In this document: positions 46,213 to 54,045 of the stretch, one piece after another | Numbering within the stretch: the stretch's first letter is position 1 | How the letters are laid out: the number at the start of each line of letters is the position of its first letter | NCBI GenBank assembly: GCA_913042895.1 | Contig: CAJWMQ010000001.1 | Span: forward strand, 1 to 54,045 | Reading direction: 5' to 3' | DNA length: 54,045 bases | From: an uncultured Verrucomicrobiales bacterium | GTDB lineage: Bacteria > Verrucomicrobiota > Verrucomicrobiia > Limisphaerales > UBA1100 | Program-made: the position numbers and the translations under genes | The notes under the pieces: generated by a model | What the model saw: the letters and a program-made list of their open reading frames with translations, nothing else | Told to the model about the DNA's origin: nothing | Databases searched by the model: none

Positions 46213-46987
46213 ACCCGCATGGAGCAACTTATTTTCCGGTGCGCCTTTTGAATTCCGCTTCGGCGCCCGACCCGGTGATCCGAAAGGGTTTTTCGAGTCA
46301 TCGCCTGAACATGACAGTCGTGTCCAGTTAAGGCGCGAAATCGTTGCTGAACATCCGGACCGGCATGTGTTTCAGATGTCCAACTCCCATGATGCCGTAA
46401 CAGAGTTAATCCGCTGGGCCGGACTGGAATCCGGTGGGTGCAGGGAATTGGCGCAGCATTGGGAGCAGGATTTTATGGTGTTGCTGCCGGAGGAGGATGG
46501 TCAGGATGTGTTTGTGGCCGGGGCGATTTGTTTCCCTTCCTCCTGGGCGCCTGAAGAGAAACTGGGATTGCCGGTGCATACGATCCACGACCCCGTTCCC
46601 ACCTTGAATGAGCAACTGGGAGTGCGCATTGGAAAATTCCTTGCGGGCATTCGCCCGGGTAAGGCGTGGGAGCGCGTGAACTGGGGGTTGAGTGGCTCGC
46701 CGAGATTGAATCAGCATCCAGCGGTTCGAATCCCAGCCATGGCGCTGCCATTAGAGTTGGATTTGATGTGGGTGCGGCGCGAGGATCAGGTGTTATTTCG
46801 CCTGCCCGAGAACGGCGCGCTCATCTTTGGTATCAATGTCATCAACATCTCCGTGGCCGAGATTGCGGCCGATCCGGAGGGTAGGGCAGGATTGCGGCAG
46901 GCGTTGGCGACGATGCCGGAGGAGATTGCCGAATACAAAAACCTGACGGTCGCGCGGGAATCGTTGGTGGAGTTGCTTACTCAGTGA
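46205..46987 (+). CDS. DUF3445-family protein (heme-dependent oxidative N-demethylase-like)
   Basis: The block CFPSSWAPEEKLGLPVHTIHDPVP matches my recollection of the DUF3445 signature. The start at 46205 overlaps the upstream stop by 8 nt. Confidence 0.65.
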   Translation: MTEPAWSNLFSGAPFEFRFGARPGDPKGFFESSPEHDSRVQLRREIVAEHPDRHVFQMSNSHDAVTELIRWAGLESGGCRELAQHWEQDFMVLLPEEDGQDVFVAGAICFPSSWAPEEKLGLPVHTIHDPVPTLNEQLGVRIGKFLAGIRPGKAWERVNWGLSGSPRLNQHPAVRIPAMALPLELDLMWVRREDQVLFRLPENGALIFGINVINISVAEIAADPEGRAGLRQALATMPEEIAEYKNLTVARESLVELLTQ

Positions 46988-48224
46988 CTTCTTCGGTCAG
47001 GGGCTCACCATGGCGTTCTTCCGGGCGGGAATTGCGCTGCGTCAAGAGGATCAAGCTGGCCACAGCCATTAGGGCAAACGAGGCCCAAGCTAGGTGGTGG
47101 ATGCGAAAGATCTCGATCAGGTAAAAGCCGAGGAACGGTGCCACACAACCGCGGACACCGGTGAAGAATGTGTGCACGCTCATGTAATCGGCCACGCGAT
47201 CCGGTGGCGCAAATTTTGTGACCCACAAACTCCACGCCACCTCGCCGCCGGAGGTGGCAATGCCAAAGAAGATTGCTCCGACGATAATGCCGGTAAGACT
47301 ATCCGAAGCGAAGAAGGCGACTGTGGCCACGCCAAAACAGAGATTCAGGATCACGCGTAGATCAAAGAAATTCATGCCGTCAAACAGGCGACCCCAGAAG
47401 GGGCTCAACACCAGTCGTACGAGGCTTGGGATTGTGACAGTCAGAAGTGCCACGCGTTCGGGAGTGTAGTTCAGGCCGTAACCGGGAAAGCCGCCATTTC
47501 GTGCGAGGTAATCCACCCGCAACGGAAACATCATCAGGTTGGCAATGCCAAAGCCCATCCAACAAGCGAGTGTGAATCGGAAGAGTTTATCCTTACGCAC
47601 AAAGCGCAGGGACCGAAACGGGTGCGTCCCGCCAGACGCCTTGAGCGGGTGGGAAGGGCATTGGGAGAAACAAAATGAAGCAAAGGCGAATGCCCCGGCA
47701 AAGATGAAGATCAGCCATTGGGGAAACATTTCGAGCATGCCTTTGGCATTCGCGTTAAGCGCGATGCCGGCGAGGTAGCTGAACACTGCCACGCTGGCGA
47801 TGCGGATCATGGCCGTGCGCGAGAAGAGTTGGCCGCGTTGGGCTTTCGGATAGTTTTCCTGATAGATCTGCGTGACCAAAGGAATTGCGCCGGCGGACAA
47901 CGCGGCCACCAGCATGGCGCCGATGACGAACACGGTGGCATTTTGCGCCAGTGCCATGACGAGGTAACAGGCACTGCCCAGACCGGCCAGTACGGCGGCG
48001 GCATGCGAGGTGTGCCAGCGGCGGTTTTCGACAAGGGAGACGATCAAAGGGCCGGCCAACAGGCCGAGACTACCGCCCATGGCAATGAGTGCCTTGGCGG
48101 TGGCGTCGAATTCAAACCACTTGACCGCGATCAACAGAAGGAAACTGGTGCCGGCCATTTCCAGAACGCCGGCGGCAACTGCGCGCAGGCGTTCGTAACG
48201 GTAAGTCAGGGTCGTCCGGTCCAA
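46977..48224 (-). CDS. MFS-type transporter
   Basis: 415 aa with about 12 hydrophobic segments in two halves. Called from topology and general MFS appearance. Confidence 0.7.
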   Translation of the reverse strand: MDRTTLTYRYERLRAVAAGVLEMAGTSFLLLIAVKWFEFDATAKALIAMGGSLGLLAGPLIVSLVENRRWHTSHAAAVLAGLGSACYLVMALAQNATVFVIGAMLVAALSAGAIPLVTQIYQENYPKAQRGQLFSRTAMIRIASVAVFSYLAGIALNANAKGMLEMFPQWLIFIFAGAFAFASFCFSQCPSHPLKASGGTHPFRSLRFVRKDKLFRFTLACWMGFGIANLMMFPLRVDYLARNGGFPGYGLNYTPERVALLTVTIPSLVRLVLSPFWGRLFDGMNFFDLRVILNLCFGVATVAFFASDSLTGIIVGAIFFGIATSGGEVAWSLWVTKFAPPDRVADYMSVHTFFTGVRGCVAPFLGFYLIEIFRIHHLAWASFALMAVASLILLTQRNSRPEERHGEPLTEEVTE

Positions 48225-48236
48225 GGGACGCAGAGG

Positions 48237-49748
<1,512 letters not shown>

Positions 49749-49830
49749 GAACCGCGGGAGACTTAACGGTAAACCGGCCGGCTTGTCATGGGTTTTTTGG
49801 AAAAACGCGCCGAATGTTGTTCGCAATCAG

Positions 49831-50847
49831 TTACAAGAGTGATTGCTGCGCCCCGCCGCCCATCTTCAATCCCAGTCGTTGATGGCCAAGCTCGGTGGCG
49901 GTGCGGCCTTGGGGGGTGCGTTGGAGGTAACCTTCCATGATAAGAAAGGGCTCGTACACCTCCTCCAGGGTATCGGCTTCCTCGCCAACAGCGGCGGCGA
50001 TGGAGTTGACCCCCACAGGGCCGCCGCCGAATTTCACGATGATGGTCTCGAGGATGCGCTTGTCCATCTCGTCGAGGCCATGACCATCGATCTCCAGCAT
50101 GGCCAGCGCGGCGTCGGCGATGGCGTTGGTAATGGTGCCGTCGCCTTTGACCTGCGCGTAATCGCGCACGCGGCGCAGGAGATTATTCGAAATGCGCGGG
50201 GTGCCCCGGCTCCGGCGGGCGATTTCGGACGCGCCAAGTTCATCGACCTCGACCTCCAGTAAACCCGCCGAGCGCGATACGATCCGCGTCATGTGGTCGG
50301 CTGAATAATAATCGAGCCTTTCGCGAATGGGGAACCGCGTGAGCAACGGCGCGGTGAGTAGGCCGCTGCGGGTGGTGGCGCCAATCAAAGTGAATCGTGG
50401 CAGGTTGAGCCGTACGCTGCGGGCGTTGGGACCTTGGTCGATGATGATATCCAGCTGGTAATCCTCCATCGCGGGGTAGAGATACTCCTCCACGGTCTTT
50501 TGCATGCGATGGATTTCATCAATGAACAGCACATCGCCTTCCTCGAGATTAGTGAGTAGACCGGCGAGGTCGGCGGCCTTCTCGATGGTCGGCCCGCTGG
50601 TGGCACGCAGGTTGCCGCCCATAGCCTTGGCAATAATGTTGGCCAGAGTGGTCTTGCCCAGTCCGGGCGGGCCGGAAAGTAGCAGGTGATCGATCGGCTC
50701 CTTGCGCTGTTGGGCGGCAGTGACAGCGATCTCCAGCCGTTCGCGTACTTTGTCTTGCCCGGCAAACTGATCAAATCCCTCCGGCCGCAGCGATGTTTCA
50801 AACGCTGCGTCGGGCGTGCCCAATTCATCCGTGATCCGCGAGGACAT
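49831..50847 (-). CDS. ruvB: Holliday junction branch migration helicase RuvB
   Basis: Walker [12 protein letters not shown], Walker [10 protein letters not shown] and sensor GATTR. 338 aa when started at MSSRITDE (50847). Confidence 0.97.
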   Translation of the reverse strand: MSSRITDELGTPDAAFETSLRPEGFDQFAGQDKVRERLEIAVTAAQQRKEPIDHLLLSGPPGLGKTTLANIIAKAMGGNLRATSGPTIEKAADLAGLLTNLEEGDVLFIDEIHRMQKTVEEYLYPAMEDYQLDIIIDQGPNARSVRLNLPRFTLIGATTRSGLLTAPLLTRFPIRERLDYYSADHMTRIVSRSAGLLEVEVDELGASEIARRSRGTPRISNNLLRRVRDYAQVKGDGTITNAIADAALAMLEIDGHGLDEMDKRILETIIVKFGGGPVGVNSIAAAVGEEADTLEEVYEPFLIMEGYLQRTPQGRTATELGHQRLGLKMGGGAQQSLL

Positions 50848-50940
50848 CGTGGGGAGAGTGGGGCGGAGGGGAAAGGGCGACAAGGGGATTCCATTAACAG
50901 CCTGCCTCGACATTGTGTTGCGGCCAGTTATGCTTGCGGC

Positions 50941-51555
50941 GTGAGCGACAAGCTGGATAGCGGGGAGTTTGATGATACGAAGAACTTCGAGGAGTTTGAA
51001 TACTCGCCGAATTTCACCGCCGTGCCGGAAGTGTTTCATTCGTTCATGGAGGAGGGGCCGTTTTCCAAATGCACCATGTGCGACGGGACCTTGCTGAAGG
51101 ACGGCACGCCGTATTTGATTCATAAGGCCTTTCATCGCGGTGAGGTAATTTTCGAGTATGCCATGTGTCTGCCGTGCCGGGCTAAAATACAGGAGGAGCT
51201 TTCGGCTGAATCGCTTGAGCGCATCAATGCCTACATGGACCAGTATCACATCGAAGACCGCAGCGAATCGCTGCTGGCGGAGCACGGCACGGAGGTGGCC
51301 CCGTGGATTTCGCATTGCCTGATCAGCGGTAAACCGATTGAGGGTGAGGACGAGTATCATTATTACGCCTTCTGCGACGGGCCGGATTTGGTCTTTAATG
51401 GCCTGCCCATGGCGCTGGCCGGCGGGGTAGATGAGGAGCTGAACGAGCTACTCTCAAAGCAAACCCGCGATCGGCTCGATGGATTTGTGGATGAACAATT
51501 CGGCCTGCCTCCGGAATTGCGCAAACCGATCAAGGGCAGCCCAATCTTGATTTAA
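50941..51555 (+). CDS. Hypothetical zinc-ribbon (CxxC...CxxC) protein
   Basis: CTMCDG and CLPCRAK motifs. No family recognised. The ORF-track start (50686) overlaps ruvB, so GTG 50941 or ATG 51046 is more plausible. Confidence 0.5.
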   Translation: MSDKLDSGEFDDTKNFEEFEYSPNFTAVPEVFHSFMEEGPFSKCTMCDGTLLKDGTPYLIHKAFHRGEVIFEYAMCLPCRAKIQEELSAESLERINAYMDQYHIEDRSESLLAEHGTEVAPWISHCLISGKPIEGEDEYHYYAFCDGPDLVFNGLPMALAGGVDEELNELLSKQTRDRLDGFVDEQFGLPPELRKPIKGSPILI

Positions 51556-51595
51556 TCGCTTTCGCTTGAACAAATCAACCCGTTGGGGCAGTCTA

Positions 51596-53005
51596 ATGCT
51601 CGGAATGTTGGAGTTTCTCGGACAACCCACCCGCCATTGTGACGGGCTATCGCGCCGCAGTTTTCTGCGCGCGGGCGCGTTGGGCGTCGGCGGCTTCACG
51701 CTGGCGGATTTGCTTCGCGCGGAAGGCGGCCAGAGCGGCTCGACCAAGGCGGTGATTAACATCCATCTTGATGGCGGCCCGCCGCAGATGGATATGATTG
51801 ATCCCAAGCCGGAAGCGCCTGCGGAGTTGCGGGGTGAATTCTCCGGTATCCGATCCAAGCTGCCCGGCGTGCATCTCACCGAGTTGATGCCCCGCATGGC
51901 GGCGGCGGCGGATCGCTTTGTATTTCTTCGCTCGCTCGTTGGCTCGGCTGGCCGCCATGACGGGTTTCAATGCCAGAGCGGGTATAACATTAAGGAACTT
52001 TCCGGAATCGGCGGACGTCCCGCGCTTGGTTGCGTGGTGGACCGATTGCTAGGTTCCAGCGGTAACGCTCCTGCGTTTGTGGATCTCATGCAGGGCCGGC
52101 CATTGGCCCGTAACAGTGCGCGCCCCGGTTTTCTCGGCCCGGCATACAAGCCTTTCAGGCCGGATATTTCACATCTATTCAAGCGCGAGCTGGAAACGGG
52201 TATGCAGGGCGAGCTTGCGCGCTTGGGTCAGGATCATCAGGTGAAACTCAAGCTGATTGCCGGCCTGAACGCCGACCGGCTGGATGACCGCGTGGGTTTG
52301 CTGCATCAGTTCGACGGTATCCGGCGCACGTTCGATAAGAGCGGAATTATGCACGCGATGGATCGCTTCAACCAGCAGGCGGTGGGCATTCTTACGTCCG
52401 GCAAGTTTGCTGATGCGCTCGATCTTACAAAGGAAGATCCTAAGCTGCTCGAGCAATACACGCCGCGGCTGAAGCTGGGCGGCGAACAATTTTACACGGC
52501 TGAAGGGCCCGCATCCGCGCGCAAGCTGCTGATGGCGCGGCGGCTGGTCGAGGCCGGCGTCCGCGTGGTGAGCGTGAGCATCAGCGATTTTGACACGCAC
52601 TCTAAGAATTTCCCGCGCATGCGAAATCTTGTGCCGATCGTGGACCATGCGCTGGCTACGCTGGAAGCGGACCTGCGATCGCGTGGCTTGATCGACGAAG
52701 TGCTGGTCGTGGCGTGGGGCGAATTTGGCCGCACGCCCAAGGTGAACAGCAAGGGCGGCCGAGACCACTGGCCGCGAGTGTCCCCGGCCATCATGTTTGG
52801 CGGCGGTATTCGCACAGGCCAGGTGATTGGAGCCACGGATAAGATTGCCGGCGAATGCACCGAACGCCCGATTCATTATCAGGACGTCATCGCCACAATG
52901 TATCAGCACCTTGGCCTGAACCCCAACGCCGTGACCGTGGAAGACACCACCGGCCGTCCGCAATACCTTTGCGATACCGGCCGTCCGATTCGGGAATTGG
53001 TGTAA
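51596..53005 (+). CDS. DUF1501 domain protein (sulfatase-like fold) with Tat signal
   Basis: CDGLSRRSFLRAGALGVGG twin-arginine leader, DTHS and GGRDHW blocks typical of DUF1501. Confidence 0.88.
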   Translation: MLGMLEFLGQPTRHCDGLSRRSFLRAGALGVGGFTLADLLRAEGGQSGSTKAVINIHLDGGPPQMDMIDPKPEAPAELRGEFSGIRSKLPGVHLTELMPRMAAAADRFVFLRSLVGSAGRHDGFQCQSGYNIKELSGIGGRPALGCVVDRLLGSSGNAPAFVDLMQGRPLARNSARPGFLGPAYKPFRPDISHLFKRELETGMQGELARLGQDHQVKLKLIAGLNADRLDDRVGLLHQFDGIRRTFDKSGIMHAMDRFNQQAVGILTSGKFADALDLTKEDPKLLEQYTPRLKLGGEQFYTAEGPASARKLLMARRLVEAGVRVVSVSISDFDTHSKNFPRMRNLVPIVDHALATLEADLRSRGLIDEVLVVAWGEFGRTPKVNSKGGRDHWPRVSPAIMFGGGIRTGQVIGATDKIAGECTERPIHYQDVIATMYQHLGLNPNAVTVEDTTGRPQYLCDTGRPIRELV

Positions 53006-53029
53006 GTAAGGCCTTTTTTTGGCTGGCGA

Positions 53030-53950
53030 CTAGATGTGATAGTCGCTGGCTTTTTTCTTTTCCTGCTTGTCCAGTACGCGCATGTCGAGGCCGTCGTAGA
53101 TGACGAGAGAGTGTGGCTTCACGCTGTCCATAATGAACACATTGCCGCCGATGGTGCTGTGGGCGCCGATGGTTGTTTCGCCGCCGAGGATGGTGGCGCC
53201 GGGGTAAATGGTTACGTGTTCCTCAATGGTCGGGTGCCGTTTGGTGCCGGCGAGTTGTTGGCCGCCCGAAGTGGATCGCGCCCCCAGCGTCACGCCGTGG
53301 TAGAGCTTCACGTGGTTGCCGATTTCGCAGGTCTCGCCGACCACCGTGCCGGTGCCGTGATCGATGAAAAAATGATGGCCAATCTGTGCGCCGGGATGCA
53401 GATCCATACCGGTACGTTCGTGGGCCCACTCAGTCATAATGCGCGGCAGCAGAGCTACCCCTTGTTGATGCAACACATGCGCCATGCGTTGCACTGAGAT
53501 GGCTTCCACGAAGGGATAGCTTAAAATAATTTCTTCTTTGCTCTTTGCCGCCGGATCACCGTCAAACGCGGCATCCACATCCGTGGCGAGAATCTCCCGC
53601 ACTTTGGGCAGTTGGCCGAGGAACTGCATGGATATCTCCTGAGCGGCGGCGCGCGGGTTGGCCTGAATAGTGTCGTTGGGCGGCGAATGTGTGAGGCATT
53701 TTACCAACTCATCCTCCAGCCGGCCGACCACCGAATCCAACAGCAGAGCGGTTTCCATTTTGATTTCCGACGAGTGCGTTACCTTATTGTCGAAAAAGCC
53801 TGGGAAAAGCAGCTGCAGCAGATCGGTGGTAAGACCCACGATGCCACTTTTGGAAGGCAGGTTGGTGCCGTCCAAATGATTGATGCCCCCCACGCTTGCG
53901 TAGGATGCAATCAGTTGATCCGTTAAATCGGTTATCTTCACTTGCTTCAA
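53030..53950 (-). CDS. cysE: Serine O-acetyltransferase (long form)
   Basis: Hexapeptide-repeat region GAQIGHHFFIDHGTGTVVGETCEIGNHVKLYHGVTLG...TIYPGATILGGETTIGAHSTIGGNVFI, preceded by a SATase N-terminal helical domain. TTG start. Confidence 0.88.
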   Translation of the reverse strand: MKQVKITDLTDQLIASYASVGGINHLDGTNLPSKSGIVGLTTDLLQLLFPGFFDNKVTHSSEIKMETALLLDSVVGRLEDELVKCLTHSPPNDTIQANPRAAAQEISMQFLGQLPKVREILATDVDAAFDGDPAAKSKEEIILSYPFVEAISVQRMAHVLHQQGVALLPRIMTEWAHERTGMDLHPGAQIGHHFFIDHGTGTVVGETCEIGNHVKLYHGVTLGARSTSGGQQLAGTKRHPTIEEHVTIYPGATILGGETTIGAHSTIGGNVFIMDSVKPHSLVIYDGLDMRVLDKQEKKKASDYHI

Positions 53951-54045
53951 GTTAAGCTTAGTTGATTGATCTTATCAAGATATGAGAATACAATGGGAAT
54001 TGGATTTAAGAAGTTAGCAAAGCAAATCTTTTATTTTTGTAATGG

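Noticed and set aside
50848-51360. 171-codon N-terminal extension of the ruvB ORF (track ORF 49831-51360, 509 aa).
   Set aside because: RuvB homology begins at MSSRITDE (start at 50847), which gives the canonical length of about 338 aa. The extension has no RuvB similarity and overlaps the divergent zinc-ribbon gene.

Overview
This 54 kb window looks like a chromosomal segment from a PVC-type bacterium. The Verrucomicrobiota/Planctomycetota guess is an inference from gene content (DUF1501, sulfatase, Tat-signal Gfo/Idh/MocA, BatA_N/vWA proteins, PQQ-like propellers), not a search result. About 40 protein genes are supportable. I recognised no rRNA, tRNA, CRISPR array, transposase or integrase.

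Layout:
- 1-2890: a visibly AT-rich block holding a DUF1853 PD-(D/E)xK-like gene, a DUF2237 gene and about 1.2 kb with no ORF of 60 aa or more. That stretch carries two oppositely oriented intrinsic terminators.
- 19319 down to 3382: a 16 kb run of 12 genes, all on the minus strand. It ends in a MoxR / DUF58 / BatA_N-vWA operon that has an ABC-transporter module and an uncharacterised 610 aa membrane protein placed between MoxR and DUF58.
- 19451-22926: a plus-strand trio of thioredoxin-fold protein, sulfatase and DUF3500.
- After that: a secreted PHP/CehA-like hydrolase, pyruvate carboxylase, a compact four-gene T2SS/T4P-like cluster (ATPase, GspL/PilMN-like, PilO-like, secretin), a GT2, a 1501 aa AsmA/TamB-like protein, an M20 dipeptidase, two tandem membrane-fused spermidine-synthase-like paralogs and DUF3445.
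- Right end: an MFS transporter, a truncated carB, ruvB, a zinc-ribbon protein, DUF1501 and cysE.

Most notable observations:
1. The thioredoxin-fold gene is one reading frame broken by a single in-frame TGA, exactly where the first active-site Cys of a WCxxC motif would sit. It is either a candidate selenoprotein or a pseudogene.
2. The translationally coupled MoxR-ABC-DUF58-vWA operon has an unusual architecture.
3. carB stops inside its oligomerisation domain and is followed by an unrelated MFS gene.

All family calls come from motif recognition by eye. No database search was run.
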